From the NCBI GenBank assembly GCA_963816145.1, contig CAWFJP010000008.1, forward strand, positions 1 to 64,000: a stretch of DNA of 64,000 nucleotides, in the 5' to 3' direction. The notes below the pieces were generated by a model. That model was not told the origin of the DNA, did not search any database, and saw only the letters and a list, made by a program, of their open reading frames with translations. This document shows positions 45,214 to 55,800 of this stretch, in pieces. The first letter of the stretch is position 1. Each line of letters begins with the position of its first letter. Both the position numbers and the translations under genes were made by a program. The DNA comes from an uncultured delta proteobacterium (GTDB lineage: Bacteria > Desulfobacterota > Binatia > UBA9968).

Positions 45214-46488
45214 ATGCGTTTAGAACTTGGCCTGTTTGACATTAGAGACGTCCGTTTCGGTCCATCCACCGTCATTGCGGATAGAGCTTTGTTGATTAAT
45301 CGCGACGAACTCTGCGCTTTGCTCGCACAAGAGCCGCTCTTCGAACGCGTCGAAATCGAGCTCGCCCACCCCGGCGAATCCTGCCGCATATTGCGCGTGC
45401 TTGACGTCCTCGAACCTCGCTATCGCTTGAACGGTCCCAACTTTCCCGGCGCGCTTGACGGCAACGGCCTGGTGGGCGACGGCGCGACGCGCGCGCTGAA
45501 GAATGTCGCGGTCGTCGAGACCGATCAGACCGCGCCGCGCTCGCGCAGTTTGATCGACATGAGCGGGCCGGCGGCGGACTATTCACCCATCGCCAATACC
45601 AACAACGTCGTCTTGCTGCCCTACCCGAAGAAAGATGTCGACAAGATCGAGTATCGACTGGCCGTCAAAAAAGCCGGACTTAAAACCGCGGTCTATCTCG
45701 CCGCGGCGGCGACGGATTTAAAACCGGACGAAACCCAGGTATACGAATTGCCGCCGGTGGCGGCGAATCAGGGGCCCAAGGAGTTGCCGCGCATCGCCTA
45801 CATTTTTCCGATGCACTCGCACCAGCATCCAACCCAGCAGAAAGAGACGGTCTTTTACGGCAGCAACATTCAGGGCTTCATGCCCACCGTCGTTCATCCC
45901 AATGAGATACTCGACGGCGCGTTGATGTTCTCCTACTCCGCGTTTACTTGGTTCGCCCAGAACCATCCGGTGATCTTGGAGCTGTACCGTCGTCACGGCA
46001 AAGATCTTTGGTTCGCCGGCGTCGTCCTCACCGTCGCGCCGGCGGTCGTCTCCGAGAAGGAGCGCAACGCTTTTCTCAATGCGCGACTGGCCAAAGAAGT
46101 CCTGAACGCGGACGGCATCCTCGCCACCAAGATCGGCGGCGGCGCCGTCGATACGGATTTAATGATGACCTATAGCCGCGCCGAAGAAATGGGCATGAAA
46201 GCCGCGTTGATTATCATGGAACGCTACCCCGATACTGGCATCACCTTCGTGCCGGAGAATGTCAATGCGCTGGTCACGCCGGGACTGACCCGCGATCCGA
46301 TCACGCTCCCCGCCGTCGAGCGCGTCATCGGCGGCGAGACCCTGCACCTGGATAATGCGAATCCGGACAATACCAACCCCGGCATCCCGCCGTTGCCGGC
46401 AAAGCAAGAGATCACCGTCTGGATGGGCGACCTGGTCGGCGCCATCAGTCAAACCGGCGCGTCGCGGCTAACGACGTATATGAGTTAA
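45214..46488 (+). CDS. Glycine/sarcosine/betaine reductase component B proprotein-like subunit (GrdE/GrdI family)
   Basis: MRLELG.F.I.DV.FG..T, PGES.RI..V.DV.EPR, IDMSGP.A.Y.P, MPT..HPNEILDGA, QNHPVI.ELY.RHGKDL.F.GV. Confidence 0.9.
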   Translation: MRLELGLFDIRDVRFGPSTVIADRALLINRDELCALLAQEPLFERVEIELAHPGESCRILRVLDVLEPRYRLNGPNFPGALDGNGLVGDGATRALKNVAVVETDQTAPRSRSLIDMSGPAADYSPIANTNNVVLLPYPKKDVDKIEYRLAVKKAGLKTAVYLAAAATDLKPDETQVYELPPVAANQGPKELPRIAYIFPMHSHQHPTQQKETVFYGSNIQGFMPTVVHPNEILDGALMFSYSAFTWFAQNHPVILELYRRHGKDLWFAGVVLTVAPAVVSEKERNAFLNARLAKEVLNADGILATKIGGGAVDTDLMMTYSRAEEMGMKAALIIMERYPDTGITFVPENVNALVTPGLTRDPITLPAVERVIGGETLHLDNANPDNTNPGIPPLPAKQEITVWMGDLVGAISQTGASRLTTYMS

Positions 46489-46491
46489 AGC

Positions 46492-46635
46492 AAATCCGAA
46501 ATTCGAATATCGAAGCTCGAAACAAATCCAAATGTTCATAATCCAGAAAACTCTAAAACCGGCCGGTTTTGAATTTTGAGCTTTGAATTTGGACCCAGTT
46601 TGTTTCGAATTTCGAGCTTCGGATTTCGGATTTTC
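46492..46635. repeat. Heptamer-built inverted repeat between the grdE-like and grdB-like genes
   Basis: AAATCCGAAATTCGAATATCGAAGCTCGAAACAAA ... TTTGTTTCGAATTTCGAGCTTCGGATTTCGGATTT. Confidence 0.8.
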
Positions 46636-46663
46636 CCGTGGACAAGGTTACGGAGTTAAAAAT

Positions 46664-47952
46664 ATGAACCAAAAGATCCGCGTCGTGCATTATTTGAATC
46701 AGTTCTTCGCCCAGGTGGGCGGCGAGGACAAAGGCGATGTCGGCCCCACCGTCAAAGCCGGCGTGATCGGCGCTGGACGCGCGCTCCAGCAGGCACTCGG
46801 CGAAGACGCCGAAATCGTCGCGACAATTTATTGCGGCGATAACTTTTTTGCCGAACAGCAAGATCAAGCCATCGCCCAACTGCTCCAGCACACGGCCGAA
46901 TTTAAAGCCGACTTGCTGATCGCCGGTCCGGCCTTCGAGAGCGGCCGTTATGGCGTCGCCTGCGGCGCCATCTGCCACGCCGCGCAGCAAAAGCTCGGCA
47001 TCGCTACCGTCGCTGGCATGGACGAAGACAACGTCGGCGCCGGCTTGTATCGCAAGAACGTCTATATCATCAACTCCGGCGCATCGATCGCCCGCATGGT
47101 GCCGACGCTGCAACGGATGGCCGCGCTCGGCTTGAAACTGGCGCGCCGTGAGGCGATCGGCAAACCGGCGGACGAAGGCTATCTCTCGCGCGGTGTGAAG
47201 CGAAATGAAATTGCGACCAAGCCGCCGGCCGAGCGCGCCGTCGACATGCTGCTGGCGAAGATCGCCGGCAAGGTATTCCACTCGGAAATCGCGCCGCCGA
47301 AATTTGCCGGCGGCAAGCCGGCCGCGCCATTGCGCGATTTGAAGTCGGCGGTGATCGCTTTGGTCACCGACGGCGGCCTGGTTGTCGAAGGCAATCCGGA
47401 CAAGATCGAGCCGGGACGGCCGACGCGCTTCACGACCATCCCGATTCACAACGTCAACACGCTCGACGCCGACAAGTTCGACGCCGTGCACTCGGGTTAC
47501 GACACCGCCAGCGCCAATCGAGATCCCAACCGCCTGGTGCCCCTCGATACCTTGCGCGAGCTCGCCCGCGAAGGCGTCATCGGCGCCGTCCATGAATTCA
47601 TTCGCTCCACCGGCGGCGCCCACGCCGCGGTGGAGAACGCGACGCAAATCGGCCGGCAAATCGCCGATCAATTGAAAGCCGCCGGCGTCACCGGGGTGAT
47701 TCTGACATCCACCTGAGGCTCGAGCACTCGCTGCGGTGCAGCGATCAGCAAGGAAATCGAAAAGCTGGAGATCCCGGTGACGCAGATCTGCACCATGATC
47801 CCGGTCGCCAAAGAAGTCGGCTCGCTGCGCACCATCGCCGCCGGCGGCATCGTCAGCCCAACGGGCAATCCGAATTATCACCGGAAAAAGAAAAACAGTT
47901 CAGACGGGAGCTGGTCTTGCGCGCATTGCAGACGCTGCAACAGGAAGTGTGA
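46664..47952 (+). CDS. grdB: Glycine/betaine/sarcosine reductase selenoprotein B-like (Sec at UGA 47714..47716; 1-bp frameshift near 47871)
   Basis: VVHYLNQFFAQ.GGE, IAGPAF..GRYG.ACG, ALVT.GG.V..GNPD.IE, VILTST-U-GSSTRCGA..KEIEK; shifted tail ELSPEKEKQFRRELVLRALQTLQQEV*. Confidence 0.88.
47728..47744 (+). promoter_or_regulatory. Putative SECIS hairpin
   Basis: Perfect TCGCTGC-GGT-GCAGCGA stem starting after an 11-nt spacer from the UGA. Confidence 0.8.
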
Positions 47953-47973
47953 TTTATACTTTCGGAATATTTC

Positions 47974-48100
47974 CCGCATAAACGCAAAGACGCAAAGTTA
48001 AGAGAAAATGTCATTTCGACCGAAGGGAGAAATCTCGGCCGAATTCCGGCATCTTCTCTGGATTGACGGGCTTCGCCCGTTACTTAGCGCCTTTGCGGGA
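47974..48100. repeat. CGCAAAG 9-mer inverted repeat with a GTCAT REP
   Basis: CGCATAAACGCAAAGACGCAAAG, GTCATTTCGACCGAAGGGAGAAATCT, CTTAGCGCCTTTGCGGGA. Confidence 0.7.
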
Positions 48101-48129
48101 TAAATCTTGACTATGGATGATTTGTATTC

Positions 48130-48327
48130 AACGCCGCAAAACTTTTCATCGATCTCACCCTCTCGAAGGAAGGCCAGGAGCTGATCAAGAGTTTCAACCG
48201 CATCCCCGACCGTGGCGACGTCACCTCCGAGCTGAAAGAAGGCCTCAAACTCTATCCCGCCGACCCGCGCTGGGGCGACACCTATGGCAAATACGTGGAA
48301 GAGTTCCGCGAGATCTTTTTCAAATAA
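48130..48327 (+). pseudogene. C-terminal remnant of an extracellular (Fe3+-type) solute-binding protein
   Basis: NAAKLFIDLTLSKEGQELI...RIP.R.DV...EEFREIFFK*; no start codon; absent from the ORF track. Confidence 0.7.
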
Positions 48328-48668
48328 GCGCAGCGGTTAGGCGCGCGCCAACGCCTCACCCTTTACCCCCTCACCCCTTACCGTCAACCTACCGAGTAGC
48401 AATCTTGCTACACCGAGTAGCAAAACGACTACACCTGTCCTTGCGACGGCTAGCCAACTGCACCGTCAGGCCGTGAACATTCCGTTTCATTTCAAGCCCT
48501 TTCGCTCGGTGCCACGCGCCACTCCACTGGCATGGCCCTTGTACTGTAATCAGTAAAGTTATCAGTAAAGTTATCGTTGACAGCCAATCACGATGGTGGA
48601 ACAAGATCGAGACAGCTCGATCCCTGACTTGTTATTTGGTGTCGCCCGTCCAGCCCTTGGAGGAAACG

Positions 48669-49646
48669 ATGCAGGCAAAACTAGTCCTTTCCATAATCGG
48701 CGCTTTCCTTCTCGCCGCGTTTCAGTCCGCTCACACGCAGCAACCAAAGAAAATCCCGCGCATTGGCGTTATCTCAGGAACTGGCAATACCAACGAGGCG
48801 GATTCGAGTGCCAAATTATTGCGCCAAGCGCTGCAAGACCTTGGCTACTCCGAGGGGGGAAATATCCAGTTTGAGTTTCGCGACACCGATGGCGATAGGG
48901 AGCGCATCCCGGCCATTATCGCCGAACTGATCAACCTCAAGGTCGATATTCTTTTCTCTACGCAGGCGATCGTGATCCGCGCCGCCAAGCAGGCGACCAA
49001 GACCATGCCCATCGTCATGGTGATTACTCCGGATCCGGTCGCGACTAAGCTAATCGACAGTCTGGCGCGTCCTGGTGGCAATATTACCGGACTCACCAGA
49101 CTTACCCGCGCCCTGAGCGGCAAACGGCTGGAACTGCTGACCGAGATGATTCCAGGCCTTTCACGGGTAGGCATCCTTTCAATGGCTGGCGTCGCTCCGT
49201 CCAAGGATTATGAAGCTGCGGCTCGTAGTCTCAAGGTGCCGTTGCAAATCCTCGAAGTGCCAGGGCCACCTCCCGACTTACCCAGGGCTTTCCAAGCAGC
49301 CGTCAAAGGGCGTGTCAGCGCGATTATCACAACCAGCACTCCAGGGCTCGCGGGTCACCAAAAGCAAATTGCCGATCTTGCCGTGCAAAATCGGCTGCCG
49401 TTAATGTCAGAGAGTATTGCAGGTGTCGAAGCCGGCGGCCTGGTAACCTACGATGCCAGCAGAGCTGAAGTTTTCAAGCGCGCCGCCGTCTTCGTCGACA
49501 AAATCGTCAAAGGCGCCAAGCCCGCCGACCTGCCGGTGGAGCAGCCGACCAAATTCGATTTCGTGGTCAATCTGAAAACCGCGAAGCAGATCGGCTTGAT
49601 TATCCCACCCGAAGTTTTAGCGCGGGCGAATCGAATAATTCGCTAA
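48669..49646 (+). CDS. ABC_sub_bind substrate-binding protein
   Basis: QQPKKIPRIG, SLARPGGNITG, conserved tail. Confidence 0.92.
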   Translation: MQAKLVLSIIGAFLLAAFQSAHTQQPKKIPRIGVISGTGNTNEADSSAKLLRQALQDLGYSEGGNIQFEFRDTDGDRERIPAIIAELINLKVDILFSTQAIVIRAAKQATKTMPIVMVITPDPVATKLIDSLARPGGNITGLTRLTRALSGKRLELLTEMIPGLSRVGILSMAGVAPSKDYEAAARSLKVPLQILEVPGPPPDLPRAFQAAVKGRVSAIITTSTPGLAGHQKQIADLAVQNRLPLMSESIAGVEAGGLVTYDASRAEVFKRAAVFVDKIVKGAKPADLPVEQPTKFDFVVNLKTAKQIGLIIPPEVLARANRIIR

Positions 49647-49670
49647 GGCGTGGGGGATTCGATGAAACGA

Positions 49671-49877
49671 CTACAGATCGCGAAACTTCTCTTCGGAAAT
49701 GCCGGCTTGCTTCAGGATCTTGCGAAACGTCCCCGTCGGCAATCCACCTGGATGCATGGCCACGTAAGTTTGCCTGCCGTCGGGGTGGCGCAGCACTTTG
49801 TGGCTGCCGCTCTGACGTACTTCTACGAATCCGGCGCGCAACAGTTTGGCAAGAACCTCACGGGCGGAGAACGGCAT
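49671..49877 (-). CDS. hicA: HicA-family toxin
   Basis: AREV...[13 protein letters not shown]...HPDGR...V..H..LP.GT..KILKQAG. Confidence 0.92.
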   Translation of the reverse strand: MPFSAREVLAKLLRAGFVEVRQSGSHKVLRHPDGRQTYVAMHPGGLPTGTFRKILKQAGISEEKFRDL

Positions 49878-50100
49878 CGGCGATCTCAACCTGGGCGATT
49901 AGCGACTTGGATTCGACAGGAACCTGCTCGCCGCGCGACCGCTTCTCCTCGACCCACGCCTCGATTAATTCCTGTGCGGCAGCAATTGCGCCTTCGATAC
50001 CCTGGCCGTGGGTGGTCAGATCGAGAGTTGGAATATGCGCGTAGTAATAACCAGCAAATTCAGGTTCGTTGATCGGCTCAATATGCACGGAGTAACGCAT
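49858..50100 (-). CDS. hicB: HicB-family antitoxin (short form, upstream of hicA)
   Basis: Y.V.IEP...GYY.A.IP.L...T.G...E.A....QE.IE.W; GGAGG RBS. Confidence 0.88.
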   Translation of the reverse strand: MRYSVHIEPINEPEFAGYYYAHIPTLDLTTHGQGIEGAIAAAQELIEAWVEEKRSRGEQVPVESKSLIAQVEIADAVLRP

Positions 50101-51148
50101 GATCAATCCCTCCATAAATAAGTTTATAACAGCCACGCTGACGAGCACAAGGTTGTCGTTCTTGAGCGAGAAAAAGCTCATCGTGATGCTTTTACTCTTC
50201 CTGACGCCCTGCGGAGCCTTAGCCCAGGCGCAGCAGCCGGCGAAAGTCCCGCGCATCGGTTACATTTCCGGAACCGGCGACGCGACTAATCAGGGGCCAT
50301 TCGTCGAGGCACTGCGCCAGGGGCTATTGAAGCTCGCTTACGTAGAAGGGAAACACTTCAAGATTGAGTTTCGCGGCGCCGAGGGGCAGATCGACCGCAT
50401 TCCGGGTCTCGTGAACGAACTCGTGGCAATGAAGGTAGATATTCTTGTCTTGGCGATTCCGAATGCGATCCGCACCGCCAAGGAACTAACTCACACGATT
50501 CCCATTGTCATGGTGGCTAGTTTAGATCCAGTCGCAATGGGGTTGGTCGATACCTTGGCGAGGCCGGGTGGCAACATCACCGGAATTTCCACGCTCGCCC
50601 AGGACCTAAATGGCAAACGCCTAGAATTACTAAAGGAGGTAGTTCCGAAACTCTCTCGGGTCGGCATTCTTTTCGTGGAGGCTCTAAGCGCGGCTATTAA
50701 CTTAAAAGAGTATGAAACGGCTGCACGAGATCTGAAGGTACAACTTCGACCGCTTGAAGTACGAGGCTCGAAGCCTGATTTAGAAGCTGCATTTCAAACG
50801 GCAACTAAGGCGCATGTTGGAGCACTAATCACAATTACTAATGCCAATCTCTTTCTCCAACAAAAAAGGATCGCTGAGCTAGCCATAAAAAACCGACTGC
50901 CCTCCATGTTCCAAGGCAGCACCTGGGTGGAGTCCGGCGGTCTGATGTCTTACTCAACCGACGAACTTGGTGCATTTCGCCGCGCAGCGTACTACGTGGA
51001 CAGAATTCTTAAAGGCACAAAGCCCGCCGACCTGCCGGTTGAGCAGCCGTTAAAATTCGAGTTCGCTATTAACCTGAAAGCCGCTAAGCAGATCGGTCTG
51101 AACATCCCACAGTCAGTGCTCTTCCGCGCGGATAAAGTAATCAAGTAG
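50099..51148 (+). CDS. ABC_sub_bind substrate-binding protein (true start uncertain, probably ~50162)
   Basis: AQAQQPAKVPRIG, conserved tail. Confidence 0.88.
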   Translation: MINPSINKFITATLTSTRLSFLSEKKLIVMLLLFLTPCGALAQAQQPAKVPRIGYISGTGDATNQGPFVEALRQGLLKLAYVEGKHFKIEFRGAEGQIDRIPGLVNELVAMKVDILVLAIPNAIRTAKELTHTIPIVMVASLDPVAMGLVDTLARPGGNITGISTLAQDLNGKRLELLKEVVPKLSRVGILFVEALSAAINLKEYETAARDLKVQLRPLEVRGSKPDLEAAFQTATKAHVGALITITNANLFLQQKRIAELAIKNRLPSMFQGSTWVESGGLMSYSTDELGAFRRAAYYVDRILKGTKPADLPVEQPLKFEFAINLKAAKQIGLNIPQSVLFRADKVIK

Positions 51149-51198
51149 GCGTAAGCCGCGAGACGGATAGTCTGAGTGAAGATACTGGAGCGCAAACC

Positions 51199-52182
51199 AT
51201 GAAAACTACCGTCACTTTCTGGTTAATGATAACGCTGCTTCTTGGCACAATTCATGCCGCCCGCGCGCAACAGCCAACCAAGATTCCTCGCATTGGCTAT
51301 CTGCACTCGGGTACGGCGGCTACACCTCCCGGCTCGCTTAATGCCTTTAAGCAAGGATTGCGGGATCTCGGTTATGTCGAGGGCAAGAATATCCACATCG
51401 AGTATAGGTGGGGCCAATACAAACCTGAACGCATTCCCAAATTGGCGGCCGAGTTAGTGGCGCTCAATGTCGATGTCATCGTCACGTCGCAAACGCCGAG
51501 TGTTCAAGCGGTCAAAAAAGCAACGTCGACGATACCCATCGTCTTCGGCGTCCTCAGCTTTCCGGTCGAAAACGGCATCATCGCCAGCTTCGCGCATCCA
51601 GGCGGAAACGCCACGGGTTTGACCGTACTTTCAGAAGAATTAAACGGCAAACGGCTGGAGTTGTTGAAGGAATCGGCTCCTAAGGTTGCGCGCGTCGGCG
51701 TCTTTTCGAATTTAACGAATCCCACCCAACCGCTGGAGTGGAAAGAGCTTGAATCCGCGGCCAAAGTATTGGGGCTGAAATTGCAATCCCTGGGAGTGCG
51801 AAGCGCCAACGATTTTGACACCGTCTTCAAGGCAGCGTTGACAGAGCGTGCTCAGGCCTTGATCAACTTGCCCGAGGCACTCGTCAACGCAAACTTTAAC
51901 CGCATCGTCGAGTTCGCGGCTAAGCATAAGCTCCCCGCGATGTATTCCGACCTGTCGGGAATTGACCGCGGCGGCCTGATGTTCTACGGACCGATCAGCG
52001 ACGACCTATGGCGCCGCGCGGCTATCTATGTGGATAAAATCTTGAAAGGCGCCAACCCTGCGGAACTTCCCGTTGAACGGCCGACGAAATTCGAGTTTGT
52101 CGTCAGCTTAAAAGCTGCCAAGCAGATCGGCCTGACGATTCCGCCGGAAGTATTGGTGCGGGCAAATCGGATAATTCGTTGA
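51199..52182 (+). CDS. ABC_sub_bind substrate-binding protein
   Basis: Family motifs; complete ORF. Confidence 0.92.
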   Translation: MKTTVTFWLMITLLLGTIHAARAQQPTKIPRIGYLHSGTAATPPGSLNAFKQGLRDLGYVEGKNIHIEYRWGQYKPERIPKLAAELVALNVDVIVTSQTPSVQAVKKATSTIPIVFGVLSFPVENGIIASFAHPGGNATGLTVLSEELNGKRLELLKESAPKVARVGVFSNLTNPTQPLEWKELESAAKVLGLKLQSLGVRSANDFDTVFKAALTERAQALINLPEALVNANFNRIVEFAAKHKLPAMYSDLSGIDRGGLMFYGPISDDLWRRAAIYVDKILKGANPAELPVERPTKFEFVVSLKAAKQIGLTIPPEVLVRANRIIR

Positions 52183-52217
52183 ACGAAAGGTAATGGCCAC
52201 CACGCAATAAGCAAGGA

Positions 52218-53220
52218 ATGAAAGCCATGGCTAAGACAACCCTCATTTTGCTGCTGATAACTTTCCTACTGGCAAGTTCCTCCGCACAAGCCGCGCAACA
52301 GATCGGGCAGATTACCCGAATCGGCTTTTTAACCGGTCAAAACGCGCCTGTGTCAAACACTGTTGATCCCAATGTCGACGCGTTCCGCCAAAGTTTACGA
52401 CAACTCGGTTACATCGAGGGGAAGACTCTTATCGTCGAGTACCGAGGCGCGAGTGGGAAGATCGAGCGTATGCCGGAACTCGTCGCCGAGCTGATCGGCC
52501 TTGGCGTAAACATCATCGTGACGGTCGGCATGCCTGCGGTCATCGCTGCCAAGAAAGCGACGAGCACGATCCCCATCGTCACGGCTAACGCGGATAACCT
52601 AGTTGATGCAGGGGTTGTCGCCAGTCTCGCCCACCCAGGTGGAAACGTCACCGGTTCGACGAGAGTCGATGCCGACTTTAGCGCAAAGCGGCTCGAGATA
52701 CTGAAAGAGAGTTTTCCAAAACTGTCTCGCGTCGCGGTTCTTTCCCACGGTTCCCTTGGAGGCGACGAAGAAGAGCTGCAAGAGATCCAAACGGCAGGCC
52801 ACAAGTTGGCGATTCAGGTGCAATCGTACCCTACCCCCGATCCTAACCAATTTTCCGGCGCGTTCATGGAGATGAAAAAAAAGCATGCCGATGCCCTGAT
52901 TTTTCTATCCAGTAACTTCACCTCGTTCCACCGAAAACCTCTCGTTGAGCTTGCGACGGAGAATCGTCTAGCGACCATGTGTGCCAACAGCGCGTGGATC
53001 GAGGCCGGTTGCGTAATGGCCTATGGCCCCAACGTTTCAGACTTATACCGGCGCGCAGCGGTTTTCGTCGACAAGATTCTGAAAGGCGCCAAGCCCGCCG
53101 ACCTGCCAGTCGAGCAACCGACGAAATTTGATTTCATCATTAATCTGAAAGCCGCCAAGCAGATCGGCGCTGACGATCCCGCCGGAAATTTTGGCGCGGG
53201 CGAATAGAATAATACGGTAA
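52218..53220 (+). CDS. ABC_sub_bind substrate-binding protein with a +1 frameshift near 53168
   Basis: Removing one base restores GLTIPPEILARANRIIR* ending at 53220. Confidence 0.85.
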
Positions 53221-53244
53221 GGGGTGAAGCGTAAGGAGTAAGGC

Positions 53245-54231
53245 GTGAAAACACCAGTGCAAAAAAGTTGTCTTTGTCTCGCTCTCTGCGTTTTGTTCTT
53301 GGCTCGTTCCATTCATGGTCACGCACAGCAGCCGAAGATGCCGCGCATCGGAGTAGTGTCAGGGACTGACGGTTCGAGCGCTAGTTCAGGTATCAAACTG
53401 TTTCGCCAAGCGCTGCAGGATCTCGGCTACTCTGACGGAAACAATATCCTGTTTGAGTATCGTTCCACCGACGGGAATACAGACCGCATTCCACGAATTC
53501 TAGCCGAACTCATCAGCCTTAAGATCGATCTTCTTTTTTCAACTCAAGCGATTGTGATCCGCGCAGCCAAGCAAGCGACGAAGACCATTCCCATCGTCAT
53601 GGCGATCACACCGGATCCGGTCGCAACTGGTATAATCCAGAGCTTGGCGCGCCCTGGAGGAAATATCACCGGGCTAACGTTTCTTACGCGTGAGCTAAGC
53701 GGCAAACGGCTGGAACTACTGATCGAGATGATTCCTCGGCTCTCGCGGGTCGGCATACTTTCGATGGCGGGCTTTACGCCGTTTAAAGATTATGAGCCTA
53801 CGGCACGTACTCTTAAACTGCGGATTCAACCCATCGAAGTGCAGTCGCCCAATCCCGACTTTAGCCGGGCTTTCCAAGTTGCTGTTAAAGCGCGCGTCGG
53901 CGCGATGATCACGACCAGTGTTCCCGGTCTCTCAGGCCACCATAAGCAAATTGCCGATCTGGCGCTGCATCACCGGCTGCCGTTGATGTCAGAGAGTGTT
54001 TCAGTTGTTGTCGAAGATGGCGGTCTCGCAACCTATGATGCCAATAAAGACGAAGTTTTCAAACGCGCCGCCATATTCGTCGATAAGATTTTGAAAGGTG
54101 CCAAGCCCGCAGACCTCCCCGTCGAGCAGCCAACCAAATTCGATTTCGCCATTAATCTTAAAACCGCGAAGCAGATCGGTGTGACGATCCCACCGGAAGT
54201 CTTGGCACGGGCGAATCGGATCATACGATGA
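53245..54231 (+). CDS. ABC_sub_bind substrate-binding protein (close paralog of 48669..49646)
   Basis: Shared FSTQAIVIRAAKQATKT and RVGILSMAG blocks. Confidence 0.92.
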   Translation: MKTPVQKSCLCLALCVLFLARSIHGHAQQPKMPRIGVVSGTDGSSASSGIKLFRQALQDLGYSDGNNILFEYRSTDGNTDRIPRILAELISLKIDLLFSTQAIVIRAAKQATKTIPIVMAITPDPVATGIIQSLARPGGNITGLTFLTRELSGKRLELLIEMIPRLSRVGILSMAGFTPFKDYEPTARTLKLRIQPIEVQSPNPDFSRAFQVAVKARVGAMITTSVPGLSGHHKQIADLALHHRLPLMSESVSVVVEDGGLATYDANKDEVFKRAAIFVDKILKGAKPADLPVEQPTKFDFAINLKTAKQIGVTIPPEVLARANRIIR

Positions 54232-54246
54232 GACGCGGGTAACTCA

Positions 54247-55233
54247 ATGAAGAAAACACATCTTGGTATGACACTCAGCGCTTTCCTCTTGGCTCTTTGC
54301 GTTCGTGTCGACGCCCAGCAGCCTAAGAAAATCCCGACCATCGGATTGCTCAGCGCGCTCTCCCCTGCCGTAGTCTCAATCTGGGTGCAGGCAGTTTCAA
54401 CGCGGGCTGCGCGACCTGGGCTACGTCGAAGGGAAAAACATCATCATCGAGTATCGCTACGCCGACGGCAATGTCGATCGCCTTAGCCAACTCGCTGCTG
54501 AGCTTGTACGCCTGAAAGTCGACTTGATCGTCACCGGTGGTGCATTAACTACCCGGCGCGTCAAGGAAGCGACTTCCGACGATTCCCATTGTCATGGCGC
54601 AAGATGCCAATCCCGTTGGCTCAGGGCTTGTCACGAGCCTCGCGCGCCCTGGAGGCAACATCACCGGGCTGTCGTTCATGTCGCCGGAGATAACCGGAAA
54701 ACGGCTGGAGATCCTCAAGGAAACCGTTCCCGGCCTCAACCGGGTTGCGGTGCTCACCGCGGAGCGCAGTACGACCGATTCCGAGACCGCACGGGAACTC
54801 CAAAGTGCAGCGAAAGCGCTCGCTCTGAAACTACAATTTTTCCAGGGACGCAATCCCAAAGAGATCGACGACGCGTTGTCCAAAGATAGACAAAGAGCGA
54901 TTCGGCGCCTTCGTGGTCATAACGAGCCCAGTCTTGTCCGAAAATCGTGAGCGTATTTTGAACTTCGCTGTAAAGAACCGCTTGCCTGCAACCTATCCCA
55001 ATGAAAGCTGGGTCGAGTCGGGTGGCCTGATGACTTACGGGACAAACCTCGCCGACCTATGGCGTCGCGCCGCAATCTTCGTCGACAAAATCCTCAAAGG
55101 CACCAAACCCGCCGACCTGCCGGTGGAGCAGCCGCTGAAATTCGATTTCCTGATTAACCTTAAGGCCGCCAAGCAGATCGGCCTGACGATTCCGCCGAAT
55201 ATGTTAGCGCGGGCAGATAGGATTATTCGCTAA
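54247..55233 (+). pseudogene. ABC_sub_bind substrate-binding protein with several frameshifts
   Basis: Family segments spread over ORFs starting at 54247, 54524, 54594 and 54913. Confidence 0.85.
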
Positions 55234-55347
55234 GGCGATAAGCGGAAGGCAGCGGTAGAAATATCAAAGTGGAATCACCCGTTAGAATTGTGACGTGATC
55301 TTTGAACGATCGCAGATTGCCGTACGCAAAATGATTGTTTCGATGCA

Positions 55348-55800
55348 TCACAACTGCGCCTGGCTTGCCAGTCGTTGCAGAAAACGCTTAACCGTCACTA
55401 CTCGCACTCGATATTGCCGCGCTAGTTTGATGAGATCGAGATCGCCTTTGAGATCGTCGTCTCTAGTCACCAGGTATGTCGCGTTTCCTCGGATAGCTGC
55501 TTCAAGGATGGCATCGTCGTCAGGGTCACGGCAGGCCTTAAGCTCTCCGGAAATTTCGACCAGCATGGCACGCGCGGCGATCAGTCTGATAAACCTCTCC
55601 GCATCCCGACGTGGATATCTGAATCTTCGGAGGAGCCGTGGCCGATTAAGCACTTCCGCGAGTTCGCTGAGCTGGGAGATTGATGTTACGACGCTGAACT
55701 GGTCCCGGGTCCACGCGCTGACAGCTTGTTCGGGTGGCCCGGAAGGTTTTAGGAAAGCTGAAACCCAGACATTTGTCTCAAGCAGAGCGACGAACGGCAC
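55348..55800 (-). CDS. PIN-domain toxin
   Basis: LETNV.VSA, EL.EVL.RP, CRDPDDD.ILE.A..G.A.YLVT.D.DL. Confidence 0.9.
   Translation of the reverse strand: MPFVALLETNVWVSAFLKPSGPPEQAVSAWTRDQFSVVTSISQLSELAEVLNRPRLLRRFRYPRRDAERFIRLIAARAMLVEISGELKACRDPDDDAILEAAIRGNATYLVTRDDDLKGDLDLIKLARQYRVRVVTVKRFLQRLASQAQL

Noticed and set aside
47777-48001. Separate 74-aa gene
   Set aside because: It is the post-UGA continuation of the GrdB-like protein, read past a 1-bp frameshift.
48437-48480. tRNA-like fragment (minus strand GGTGCAGTTGGCTAGC)
   Set aside because: No T-arm GTTC motif or acceptor stem could be built.
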